From NCBI GenBank assembly GCA_037142155.1, contig JBAXBE010000005.1:6171-70170 (forward strand): DNA of 64,000 bases. Reading direction: 5' to 3'. Position 1 is the stretch's first letter. Each line of letters starts with the position of its first letter. Made by a program: the position numbers and the translations under genes. Of the stretch, positions 50,689 through 59,737 are shown one piece after another. The notes under the pieces are model-generated. The model ran no database searches, was not told where the DNA came from, and saw only the letters and a program-made list of their open reading frames with translations. Source of the DNA: Chlorobiaceae bacterium (GTDB taxonomy: Bacteria > Bacteroidota > Chlorobiia > Chlorobiales > Chlorobiaceae).

Positions 50689-52281
50689 ATGCTGCGCAAT
50701 TACTTTACCCTCTACCATGCTGCAAGGGAACTGCATGAGCGGCTTGCCGGAGGGCTGCTCAACAGAGTTCTCTGCCGCCAGAAAAACGAGCTCACGCTGA
50801 GCTTCATCACCCCAAATGGCGAGCCGCTGCAGCTTTTGCTTGTCACCGGCACCCCCCTGCTCTCTTTCTACACAAAGGAGGAGGCGGAGGGCACCTCACG
50901 AAACGCCGCCTCACTGATGGCGGCGGTTCACGGCCAGAGGGTTTCGGCTGTCGAGCCATCGCTCACCGACAGGGAGATCTTCATCCGTCTTGCCGACCGC
51001 CACCTCATTGTGCTGCGGCTCTTCAGCCCAAGAAGCAACGCGCTGCTTCTTCGGGATAACCATATTATCGAGGCTTTCAAGCAGAACGATGCCCTTGCCG
51101 GCACCATCCGGGAGCCCTCCTCCGCTCAGCCGGAAATTCTCAAGGAACTTGAAATGCTGGCCAGAGACAAGGAGCTCTTCCTGCAGCGAGCCGGGCAGAA
51201 CATCCCCGGTTTTGACCTGACGCTTTCGGGAAAGCTCCGAGAGAAGGCGGGGCCGCAACCAACCGGCGACACCCTCTTTACCACCTTCCAGTCGATCTTC
51301 TACGACCTGCTCGACCCTGTGCCATCGGTCACCGAACTCGAAAGCGGCGAACCGGAATTCACCCTGCTGCAGAACCACGAGCAAAAAGGGCGCACCTTCG
51401 ACTCCATCCTTGAGGCGCTCAACGCCTACAGCATCTCGATGCAGCGGTTCCTCGGCGTCAAAGAGGAGCTGGACTCTTTCCAGGCACTCCTCCGGCGGCA
51501 GCTCGACAAGGCAGAGAAGGAGCTGCTGGCTTTCGATCCCGAACAGCTCGACCTGCTGGCCGCCAGATATGAAACGTTCGGTCACCTGCTCTTGAGCGCT
51601 CTCTACCAGCCTGACAGAGAGCCGGCGAGCATCAAGGTCAAGAACATCTTCGATCCGCTTGAGCCGCCACTCTCGATTCCGCTGAAACCGGCGCTGAGCA
51701 TTCAGCTGAATGCCCGGGAGTACTTCTCCAAAGCTTCAAAGACCCGGGGGAAGCGCACGGCAATGGTCGAGCGGCATGCCGGTCTTGAAGGGAAGATTCG
51801 CTCCCTTTCGGCACTGCTCGCCGAGTCGGAATCAATCACCACGCCCAGAGTGGCGCGCCGGTTTCTTGCAGAACAGTCAAAAAGTGGAGAAACGGGGAAA
51901 ACCACAGGCCCGGGAAAAAAGCAGAAAGCCACGCCCTTCCGCACCGTCGCCATCTCCAAATCGGTGACCCTCCTTGTCGGCAAAAATGCTGCCGGCAACG
52001 ACCAGCTCACCTTCGAGCACACCCGTCCAGACGACATCTGGCTGCACGCCCGGGGAGCCCCGGGTTCGCACTGCGTCCTCAAAGGCGCCTCACTCGAGGG
52101 TATCACCGAAATCAGGAGGGCCGCCGAAATCGCCGCCTGGCACTCCTCGGCAAAACACTCCTCCCTCGTGCCGGTCATCTACACCCGGAAAAAATATGTC
52201 CGCCGCTCGAAAAACCGGGCGCCCGGCCAAGTAGAGGTCGAACGCGAAAACGTCATCCTCGTCCGGCCACGCAAGGAGTAA
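50689..52281 (+). CDS. NFACT-family protein (FbpA/RqcH-like, with DUF814/NFACT-R domain)
   Basis: NFACT-N-like N-terminus and C-terminal DIWLHARGAPGSHCVLK motif characteristic of NFACT-R. Confidence 0.7.
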   Translation: MLRNYFTLYHAARELHERLAGGLLNRVLCRQKNELTLSFITPNGEPLQLLLVTGTPLLSFYTKEEAEGTSRNAASLMAAVHGQRVSAVEPSLTDREIFIRLADRHLIVLRLFSPRSNALLLRDNHIIEAFKQNDALAGTIREPSSAQPEILKELEMLARDKELFLQRAGQNIPGFDLTLSGKLREKAGPQPTGDTLFTTFQSIFYDLLDPVPSVTELESGEPEFTLLQNHEQKGRTFDSILEALNAYSISMQRFLGVKEELDSFQALLRRQLDKAEKELLAFDPEQLDLLAARYETFGHLLLSALYQPDREPASIKVKNIFDPLEPPLSIPLKPALSIQLNAREYFSKASKTRGKRTAMVERHAGLEGKIRSLSALLAESESITTPRVARRFLAEQSKSGETGKTTGPGKKQKATPFRTVAISKSVTLLVGKNAAGNDQLTFEHTRPDDIWLHARGAPGSHCVLKGASLEGITEIRRAAEIAAWHSSAKHSSLVPVIYTRKKYVRRSKNRAPGQVEVERENVILVRPRKE

Positions 52282-52372
52282 GCCGGCACCCCGAACGTTC
52301 TTCACTTACGGTTTGTTCTCTTTATCTTGTTCCAGACTCTGAACCTAACCCTTTAGCGAAACTTTTGACAGA

Positions 52373-52765
52373 ATGGAAACCTACAAGCTTGTCCTGCCAG
52401 AACACCTCAACCACTACGGATTCCTCTTTGGCGGGAACCTCCTGAAATGGATTGATGAGGTCAGCTACATCACCGTTTCGCTCGACTACCCGGGCTGCAA
52501 CTTTGTCACTGTCGGCATGGACAAGGTGGAGTTCAAAAAGAGCATCCGCGGCGGCACCATCCTCTGCTTCGTCACCGAAAAAAGCAGGCTCGGAGAGACA
52601 TCCATCGAGTACACCGTGAATGTCTTCAAAAAGAGCATTGAAACCGGCGACCGGGTGCTGGTCTTCAGCACGCACATCACCTTCGTATGTCTCGACGATA
52701 AAGGGGTAAAAAAACCGCTCTGCTGCGGATACAAAAAGAGCGGTCCTGACGGGACCTGCCTCTGA
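52373..52765 (+). CDS. Hotdog-fold acyl-CoA thioesterase
   Basis: [23 protein letters not shown] matches the YciA/Acot-type N-terminal motif. 130 aa. Confidence 0.75.
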   Translation: METYKLVLPEHLNHYGFLFGGNLLKWIDEVSYITVSLDYPGCNFVTVGMDKVEFKKSIRGGTILCFVTEKSRLGETSIEYTVNVFKKSIETGDRVLVFSTHITFVCLDDKGVKKPLCCGYKKSGPDGTCL

Positions 52766-52785
52766 GCTTTTATGGAGCAGAACGA

Positions 52786-54075
52786 CTACCGGGAGGTGGC
52801 CAAAACCGCTCCGGTCAGTCGAACAATGAGCAGCGTACCGATGGCCGTCATCACAAGATTCGGCAGCCACATCGAAATCATGGGGTCGAGCAGACCCCGT
52901 TCGGCAATTTTCTCACCGGAAATCATCAGCGCCCAGTAGAGCACAAAAAAGAGCAGCGACATGCCCGCCCCTATGCCAAATCCTCCCCGTCTGGCCAAAA
53001 CCCCAAGCGGAGCACCGACCAGCACAAACACAAAACAGGCAAGAGAGAGCGAGTATTTTTTGTAATAGGCGGCCATGTAGCGGTTGTAGAGCTGACGGTT
53101 CTCTTTGATGGCTTTGAGCTCCCCGTCAATCAGGACGAGCTGCCCGTCGACATAGCTCTCAGCCGAACCCCTGCCCCCTTTCACAAATGCACCGCTGGCG
53201 AGGCGCTGCTCCAGCGTATCGAGAGGCATTCCTATCCTCTTTGCGGACTCAGCGATCCTCTTTTTGAACTCCCTGCCTATCAAAAGAAGCTCACTGGCGG
53301 AGAGCTCTCCGTCCCCCGAGCGCATCTTGCCCGGGGCGGAGCGTGAAAAGCCGAAACCGGAAGACTCAAAAACAAAGCGGTGCTTCCGGAAGGTCATGTT
53401 TCTGAGTACCCTGTGGTCCGGATTGCGCACCTGGCTGAGCTCACCGTTAAACAGCGTCATGACGAGGTAGTGGTTGTCGGAGCTGAATTCCAGCCGGCCC
53501 TTCTCTGCTGTCACCATGGTGCTGAACTGTGGACGGGAGGTGTCGTAGATGACAATCCCCTGAAGCTCCTTTGAGCGGTCGTCAACCTTGCGGACAAGAA
53601 TGGAATAACCCTCCACCAGCGTCGAAAAAGCTCCCTCGGTGAGTCCGAATGCCGGCTTTGCCCTGGCCATGTCGGTCAGGAGCTGTTGCGAATAGTAGTT
53701 CGCCCGGGGAAGCACAATATTGTTGAACCGCTCGACCAGCGCGGAAAGCAGGAGGCCGACACCGAGAACAGGAATCATGAGCCTGAAAAGGGAGATGCCT
53801 GATGAGCGCAGCACCGTCATTTCCGATGTCATCGTCAAGGTGCCGAATACCATGACCACAGCAATGAGCACCGCCATCGGGGCAGCAAGGCCGACCATCC
53901 ATGCCGACTGCAGCAAGAGAAGCTCAAAGACCGCTGAAAACCCTATGCCCCGACCGATGAACCGCTCTGAAAAGGTCGCATAAAACTGGAGAATCAGTAC
54001 GAACAGGATGGTAAAGAAAGAAAAAAAGAATGGCCCTGCCAGAGACTTCAGAATATATCGGTCGATAATTTTCAT
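52786..54075 (-). CDS. LptF/LptG-family (YjgP/YjgQ) lipopolysaccharide export permease
   Basis: MKIIDRYILKSLAGPFFF N-terminus, three TM segments, a periplasmic domain, then three TM segments. Confidence 0.85.
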   Translation of the reverse strand: MKIIDRYILKSLAGPFFFSFFTILFVLILQFYATFSERFIGRGIGFSAVFELLLLQSAWMVGLAAPMAVLIAVVMVFGTLTMTSEMTVLRSSGISLFRLMIPVLGVGLLLSALVERFNNIVLPRANYYSQQLLTDMARAKPAFGLTEGAFSTLVEGYSILVRKVDDRSKELQGIVIYDTSRPQFSTMVTAEKGRLEFSSDNHYLVMTLFNGELSQVRNPDHRVLRNMTFRKHRFVFESSGFGFSRSAPGKMRSGDGELSASELLLIGREFKKRIAESAKRIGMPLDTLEQRLASGAFVKGGRGSAESYVDGQLVLIDGELKAIKENRQLYNRYMAAYYKKYSLSLACFVFVLVGAPLGVLARRGGFGIGAGMSLLFFVLYWALMISGEKIAERGLLDPMISMWLPNLVMTAIGTLLIVRLTGAVLATSR

Positions 54076-54163
54076 AACAAATCCTCTCGTTCACGCCCAT
54101 TTGCCAAAGCTGAGAGCAGCCATCGCAAACAAGCATTGATGCCGGCAAAGACCAATATAATCG

Positions 54164-54332
54164 AAAATAACAATCACATCCCCCCAACAATCCCGCAGAC
54201 AGGGGACTGGGGCGCAGCAAGCCCCGACAATTCGAGACTCTTGGAGCACCCGCTTCAACCTTCGTGAAAATTCGTGCAACTCCAGTGGACCGCTTCCAAT
54301 CCAAAATCCAAAATTCAGCATCCAAAATCTCC
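54164..54332. repeat. Mosaic intergenic repeat locus R4
   Basis: The 18-mer aaaataacaatcacatcc (54164-54181) is identical to 13410-13427. ccccgacaa module variant. ccaatccaaaatccaaaattcagcatccaaaatctcc (54296-54332) is related to the inverted copy at 15645-15680. Confidence 0.8.
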
Positions 54333-54341
54333 CCGCATCCC

Positions 54342-55547
54342 CTACCGTCCGGTGAGCCTGCCGCGCCAGCAGCGAAGGGGGCCATCCTCAATCATGATGG
54401 CGCAGTAGTTGCACTCTATGCAGCAGGATGCCGTCTGCCGGCCCTCCTGCAGCTTCCGCACAATATTCGGCTCGATGACGAAGGGTCGCGACATGGAGAC
54501 AAAATCAGCCGCACCGCTTTCGAGTGCTCCGGTAATGGCCTCAAGCGAGTGGAGGCCTCCGACGGCGATGACGGGAATCGAGACGGCCGCTCTGATCGCT
54601 TTTGCGGCATCAAGATTGTAGGCGCGCCAGGGCTTGGGGGAGGGCATTGCGAGGCGAAGCAGGGGTGCGAGAGCTTTTTTCAGAGGGGACGGCAGCATCT
54701 TGAAGCGGAAGTTGCTCTCAAGAAGCGCCTCGGAGGGAAAAACCGGACCCCGCATGATCGAAAGCCCCTCCTCCACCGTGCCTGAGGAAACCTCGATTGC
54801 CGAGCATCCCGACGCTTCAAGCAAACGGGCGATCTCCACTGCTTCAGGAGCTCTCATCCCTCCCTTCCGGTGATCGAAGCCGTTCATTTTCACCAGCACC
54901 GGATAGTCTCCCTCAGCCTCCCTGATGCGGCGGAGTATTTCAGAAACGATGCGGAACTTGTTCTCTGTCGAACCTCCCCACCGGTCGCGGCGCCGGTTTG
55001 TATAGCTTGAAAGAAACTCCGCAAGAAGGTAGCCGTGGGCCAGGTGGAGCTGGACGCCGTCAAACCCCGCCCTCCTTGCCCTTCCGGCGGCCGCAACAAA
55101 GCTGGTGATGATTGCTTCAATCTCCCGCTCGCTGAGTTGGTGAGGACGCTCCTCGTTGAAGATGAAATCCTTCAGCGGCGAAGGGGCGACCGTCGCCATC
55201 CCGGTTACCGCCGAACGGGTCTGGCGGCCGCAGTGGGCAATCTGCAGGATGATCGGCGTCCCGTGACGGTGCACCGCATCCGTTAGCTTCCGGTAAGGCG
55301 CAATGAGATCGTCACTGTTGATCATCAGCATGTTCTCGAGGCTGCTCTTCCCGTCCTGCTGCACGCCCGCGTAGCCGGTAATGATAGCTCCGGCCCCGCC
55401 TTCGGCAATCGCCGTGTAGAGCTTTTCATGAGCCGCACCGGGCGCCCCGCTCCCGTCGGCCAGACTTTCATGGGTGGCAGAACGGATCAGACGGTTGTGC
55501 AAGGTCATCCCCGCAAGAATCACCGGCTGGAACAGGTCAGGAATCAT
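54342..55547 (-). CDS. NADH:flavin oxidoreductase (Old Yellow Enzyme family)
   Basis: TLHNRLIRSATHE and ILQIAHCGRQ motifs, a TIM-barrel FMN oxidoreductase. A C-terminal Cys pair (CCIECNYC) suggests an added metal or Fe-S site. Confidence 0.85.
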   Translation of the reverse strand: MIPDLFQPVILAGMTLHNRLIRSATHESLADGSGAPGAAHEKLYTAIAEGGAGAIITGYAGVQQDGKSSLENMLMINSDDLIAPYRKLTDAVHRHGTPIILQIAHCGRQTRSAVTGMATVAPSPLKDFIFNEERPHQLSEREIEAIITSFVAAAGRARRAGFDGVQLHLAHGYLLAEFLSSYTNRRRDRWGGSTENKFRIVSEILRRIREAEGDYPVLVKMNGFDHRKGGMRAPEAVEIARLLEASGCSAIEVSSGTVEEGLSIMRGPVFPSEALLESNFRFKMLPSPLKKALAPLLRLAMPSPKPWRAYNLDAAKAIRAAVSIPVIAVGGLHSLEAITGALESGAADFVSMSRPFVIEPNIVRKLQEGRQTASCCIECNYCAIMIEDGPLRCWRGRLTGR

Positions 55548-55686
55548 AGGGAGATGGGTAAATTGATTGATACAATTGTTACACGTTAATCAATCAAACC
55601 CCAAAAAAGCAAACGGCTTTCCGGCTCCTTATCACTATTTTGCAACCGTCGACCAGATACTCAACCTTCAAAATCTTTACGTAGCC

Positions 55687-56046
55687 ATGAGCCAAAACAT
55701 CAACATCAAAGAGGATCCGATATTTGCCCCCCTGCTCGCGGACCTGCAGAAGATTGCCTCCGAACTGACAGGGAACGGAGAGCTTGAACCCATCACCGGC
55801 ACCGAGGAGAGCAGTGTCGTCATAGAATTCGAGATCTACGGAGAGGGAGAAGAAGCCGAACCCAGCATCCTCATCAAAATCACCTCGAAGAATGATTTCT
55901 TTGGTGATGAAGAGCTGCTTGACGAGTTCGAGGATCTGGTCATCGGCAAGCTTGAGGAGGCCTCCCGAAACTGGTCACAGGAGGTAACCGAACTGCTCGG
56001 CGACGACCGCCCGATAATCCTGCTCATCAACGGCGAAGAGTGCTGA
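55687..56046 (+). CDS. Small acidic hypothetical protein (119 aa)
   Basis: ATG at 55687; the track ORF begins at a TTG inside the inverted-repeat region. Highly acidic, no family recognised. Confidence 0.45.
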   Translation: MSQNINIKEDPIFAPLLADLQKIASELTGNGELEPITGTEESSVVIEFEIYGEGEEAEPSILIKITSKNDFFGDEELLDEFEDLVIGKLEEASRNWSQEVTELLGDDRPIILLINGEEC

Positions 56047-56050
56047 ACCT

Positions 56051-57232
56051 TCAAACCGGTGGCAGCTCTTCAGAGAGTACCCTCACCTTTGCTGCATTGG
56101 CAATGGCCTTGAGCTTGACGGCATCCACATCGCTTTCAGGCAAATCGGAAGCGAGCGCTACGGCCATGCGCCGGTAGGGACGGGTAACCGGTTTTCCGAA
56201 AATCCGGATGTCGGTACCGTGTTCACTGAGCGCATCCTCCACGCCGGTGAACCGGGGCTTTATTCCCGCCGCATCGGCCAGAATAACTGCACTCGCCCCT
56301 ACACGCAGCAATGCAATGCCCGGAATCGGCAACCCCAAGACAGCCCGTGCATGCAGTTCAAACTCCGACAGGTTTTGCGTCCCTGCCAAGGTTACCATTC
56401 CGGTATCGTGCGGCCTTGGGGAGAGCTCCGAAAAATAGAGTCCGTCATCGGCCAGAAAGAATTCCACCCCCCAAATGCCTGCCCCCGTGAGCGATCGGGT
56501 GACCTTTTCAGCAATCTCCTGCGCCTCCCTAAGAAGCTCAGGGCTGATGAGAGCCGGCTGCCAGCTCTCCTGATAATCCCCCCGCTCCTGACGGTGCCCA
56601 ATAGGCGGGCAGAACAGCGTCGGCCCGTTTTTCTGCGTTACGGTTAAAAGCGTGATCTCTGTATGGAATGGAACAAACGCCTCCACAATCACTTCCGGAC
56701 TGTCGCCGCGCTTGCCGCTTTGCGAATAGCTCCATGCTTTTTCGATATCAGCCGTACTTCTGAGGGTCGACTGCCCTTTGCCCGATGAGCTCATCAGCGG
56801 CTTTACCACGCAGGGAAACCCCACCTCACCAACAGCCGTTACAAGCTCCGACAAGGAGGCCGCATAGCTGTACTTCGCTGTGCGCAACCGAAGCTCCTTT
56901 GCCGCCAGATCACGAATGGCCTTCCGGTTCATGGTGAAATTGGCCGCCCGGGCTGAAGGCACAACCTGTATGCCCTGCTTCTCATACGCATAAAACCTCT
57001 CGGTACGGATGGCTTCAATTTCAGGCACAATCACATCCGGCCGGTGCCTCGCCACAATGGAATCGAGAGCATTGCCATCAAGCATGTCAATCACTTCACG
57101 CTCATCGGCCACCTGCTGGGCCGGAGCATCATTGTAGCTGTCAACGGCAATCACGTACTGCCCCAGACGCTTGGCGGCAATAACAAACTCCTTCCCCAGC
57201 TCACCGCTGCCCAGCAGCATGATCTTTCCCAT
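56051..57232 (-). CDS. purT: Formate-dependent phosphoribosylglycinamide formyltransferase (GAR transformylase 2)
   Basis: [14 protein letters not shown]-terminus and ATP-grasp fold, collinear with E. coli PurT. The start was trimmed to the ATG at 57232. Confidence 0.92.
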   Translation of the reverse strand: MGKIMLLGSGELGKEFVIAAKRLGQYVIAVDSYNDAPAQQVADEREVIDMLDGNALDSIVARHRPDVIVPEIEAIRTERFYAYEKQGIQVVPSARAANFTMNRKAIRDLAAKELRLRTAKYSYAASLSELVTAVGEVGFPCVVKPLMSSSGKGQSTLRSTADIEKAWSYSQSGKRGDSPEVIVEAFVPFHTEITLLTVTQKNGPTLFCPPIGHRQERGDYQESWQPALISPELLREAQEIAEKVTRSLTGAGIWGVEFFLADDGLYFSELSPRPHDTGMVTLAGTQNLSEFELHARAVLGLPIPGIALLRVGASAVILADAAGIKPRFTGVEDALSEHGTDIRIFGKPVTRPYRRMAVALASDLPESDVDAVKLKAIANAAKVRVLSEELPPV

Positions 57233-57316
57233 GATGGTCTTGTAAATAATTGTTTTCAGTAAAATCACCTTCAGGCCCCGTTCAGCGGGGATTCAGCGAA
57301 GAACTCAACAGAGTGA

Positions 57317-57688
57317 TTACAACGTCTGATCCATCGAGCTTGGTGTTACGACCATAACTGCACGTGCCCATACAAATTTCGCCTTAATGGCGTCAAAATC
57401 CGGGCCAGCGCTCTCGATGCGCGCCCTGCCTTTAATCAGGAAGCCGGTGCCAGGACCCATATTTCCCGTAACCTCGCGGCTTCCCAAAGTAATCAGCACC
57501 TGATCGTTAAAAGCAATATTCGCCTCTGTACGATGCATATAGCCGACAGGAACCAATAGGTGTTCAGCACTGGAAATTTGAAGATAACTGTTCCACGTAT
57601 TGACCATATGAGGCCCGTCCTCTCCCAAAGTGGCGATTGCAACCACACCCTCGTGTTTTAATACTTCCGCTAATTTTTCTGGAATCAT
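57317..57688 (-). CDS. Pyridoxamine 5'-phosphate oxidase-like FMN-binding split-barrel protein
   Basis: MIPEKLAEVLKHEGVVAIATLGEDGPHMVNTW resembles PNPOx-like N-termini. The ATG at 57688 with an upstream GGGAAGAGAG is preferred over the track's GTG at 57727. Confidence 0.5.
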   Translation of the reverse strand: MIPEKLAEVLKHEGVVAIATLGEDGPHMVNTWNSYLQISSAEHLLVPVGYMHRTEANIAFNDQVLITLGSREVTGNMGPGTGFLIKGRARIESAGPDFDAIKAKFVWARAVMVVTPSSMDQTL

Positions 57689-57842
57689 CTCTCTTCCCAA
57701 TTGAAATTGTGTAAATAAATATTCCACCGCTGACTGAGCACCGTCATTACTCTATTTACAAAAAATCGGCAAGCAGGAGAAGCGATTTAAGGGGGGGGGG
57801 GTAAAGGATAGTTTGGAACGTAGTCCCCATGTCACCAGCTCA

Positions 57843-59456
57843 TCAACAGCGAAGAGTGCTGAGAAGCAGTTGGCTTTTGTGCTGAATTTCGGCCTCACCG
57901 CTCCACGCTCTGTCAGCAATAGAGAGCAGTCTCTCCTCTTCCCTGAGAAACTCCTCCGCCCCCATTGATTCGATGGCATCGAGCAGCTCCTGCAGTGTCC
58001 CGGTGGCAAGCCTGTTGGATTCGGTGATGAGGGCACGAAGCTCCTGGTGGCCAATGCGCCCTGCGGCTTCAAGCGCGAATGCTTCGGCAAGCCGATATTC
58101 GAAATCGGCGCTCTGAAGAGCAGCGACTCCGTCAGGACCAAAGTTGCGGCGGGCAAAGAGTTTCTGCACCAGAAATGCATACCAGTTGAGGTCGGGATCG
58201 TAAAACTCGTAATCGGGATGGGTGATGGTCCCTTTCAGCCTGCCGCTTTCAAGCAGCTGCTGCTCGATCGGAGTGCCCGCGTAGGGGAGCATTTTGCCGA
58301 AGTTGACAGGAAAGTAGCCATCCTCGCCAACCAGAGAGAGAAAGCGGATGTTCTCCGATACCGAACCAGCCGTGGACGAGGGGTCGAAGAGCATGAAGCC
58401 TATTGAAAGGGCCAGATTCAGGGCTTTGACGGCAGCAATGGCGTCGAGGTTTTTCTGAACGGTGGTCTGCTTGTTGAGCGTTTGCAGTCCGGCTGCGTTT
58501 CCGGACTCGACACCAAGATAGATGGCAAACAGCCCGTGCTCTTTCATCTCAGAGAGCAAAGCCGGCTGGATGTCGTCAACCCTGCAGGAGATCTTCCATT
58601 TTATCAGTTTGTCGAGCTTTTTTGCGCGAAGCTCCTTGAGAAACTGAGCGAGCCAGACCTTCTGGGCGGGTGAGCGGGCAGCAAAATCGTCGTCCTGAAA
58701 ACTGAAAAAGCGCACCCCGCTCTTTTCAGCCAGCAACTGCATCTCTTCGGCAACATGCTCTGGCGACCGGGAGCGGCGAAGCTTGCCGGGAACCGTTCCG
58801 TAAAACTGCCTGATGCTGCAGAATGCACAGTTGAAATGGCATCCGCGGCTTGCCAGCATTGCTGCCATGCGTATCCCTCCGATGGAGGTGGGCGGCTCAG
58901 TGCGGTGAACAAAAGGCAGGAGGTCAAGATTCTCGATAAGTGGGCGGTGCGGGGTTGAGATAACTGAGTCCGACGTGCGATAGGCCAGACCGTTTATCCT
59001 CTCCCAGCTCTCGGGCTCGTCAAGATGAAGAAGCAGTTCAAGAAGCGTCTCCTCGCCTTCAAAGCGAACAATGGAGTCGAGCTCCCCAATGAGCTCAAGC
59101 GTTTCAGCGGGACGCAGGCTGGGGAAATGCCCTCCGGCAGTAAAATGAGCCTCTACCCCGCCAGAGCGCAGAAAACGCATCAGGAAAGAGAACTTTTCGA
59201 GACTGAACTGGAAGATAAGCGAGAACCCTACCAGCACAGGGTTATATGTTCTTACCGCATCAAGCACCAGACGCTCTTTTCCGGGGATAAACGCAGCAAG
59301 ACTGGCATGATATCCCTTTGCTTCGAGGCAGGCAATGAGTGAGCGGAGTCCGAGATTTTCCTGGTCTTCGTACCCTACGAGCAGAATATGAGGCTTGGAA
59401 GCGGGTGCAGATTGCATAAAGGTGAAAAGTCTCCGGAGTTGAGGAGTCGCATGCAT
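57843..59456 (-). CDS. Cobalamin-binding-domain (class B) radical SAM protein, BchE/P-methylase superfamily, function unassigned
   Basis: N-terminal B12-binding-like domain (KPHILLVGYEDQENLGLRSLIACLEAKGY), radical SAM cluster motif ASRGCHFNCAFC, and a ~150-aa C-terminal extension. The start may be the ATG at 59417. Confidence 0.85.
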   Translation of the reverse strand: MHATPQLRRLFTFMQSAPASKPHILLVGYEDQENLGLRSLIACLEAKGYHASLAAFIPGKERLVLDAVRTYNPVLVGFSLIFQFSLEKFSFLMRFLRSGGVEAHFTAGGHFPSLRPAETLELIGELDSIVRFEGEETLLELLLHLDEPESWERINGLAYRTSDSVISTPHRPLIENLDLLPFVHRTEPPTSIGGIRMAAMLASRGCHFNCAFCSIRQFYGTVPGKLRRSRSPEHVAEEMQLLAEKSGVRFFSFQDDDFAARSPAQKVWLAQFLKELRAKKLDKLIKWKISCRVDDIQPALLSEMKEHGLFAIYLGVESGNAAGLQTLNKQTTVQKNLDAIAAVKALNLALSIGFMLFDPSSTAGSVSENIRFLSLVGEDGYFPVNFGKMLPYAGTPIEQQLLESGRLKGTITHPDYEFYDPDLNWYAFLVQKLFARRNFGPDGVAALQSADFEYRLAEAFALEAAGRIGHQELRALITESNRLATGTLQELLDAIESMGAEEFLREEERLLSIADRAWSGEAEIQHKSQLLLSTLRC

Positions 59457-59527
59457 TTACCTGGGCAAGGAAGCCATGCCGGCGGATGCTGTGAAAATGC
59501 ATCCGCCTGACGGCAATGGCCGAATGA

Positions 59528-59737
59528 TTACTTGCCCAACAGAGTCTGAAGCTGTTCGAGTTTTGCTTTACTAAGTTCCAGCTCTTTCAGCCTTGTCTGG
59601 ATCTGAAGCCGTCCAAACTCACGAAGACGTTGTTCATCGAGCCTCAGCCAGTCCGGAACAGGATCCCATATCGGGTAATGGAAGTGCGGATATTGTGTTT
59701 CCCCGCAGCCCCCAAGCTTTTCCTGGATGTTCGTCAT
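59528..59737 (-). CDS. Small protein (69 aa) upstream of the radical SAM gene
   Basis: ATG preceded by GGAGGG at a 4-nt spacing. Gly/Cys/aromatic/His/Pro-rich N-terminal half and heptad-like C-terminal helix. No family recognised. Confidence 0.6.
   Translation of the reverse strand: MTNIQEKLGGCGETQYPHFHYPIWDPVPDWLRLDEQRLREFGRLQIQTRLKELELSKAKLEQLQTLLGK

Noticed and set aside
15640-54340. The dispersed repeats as a CRISPR array or CRISPR remnants.
   Set aside because: The copies are single, kilobases apart, of mixed module order and orientation, and not separated by regular spacers. No cas genes are present.
57752-58180. The 142-aa ORF in another frame inside the radical SAM gene.
   Set aside because: It lies entirely within the well-supported rSAM coding region, has low-complexity sequence and no start signals.
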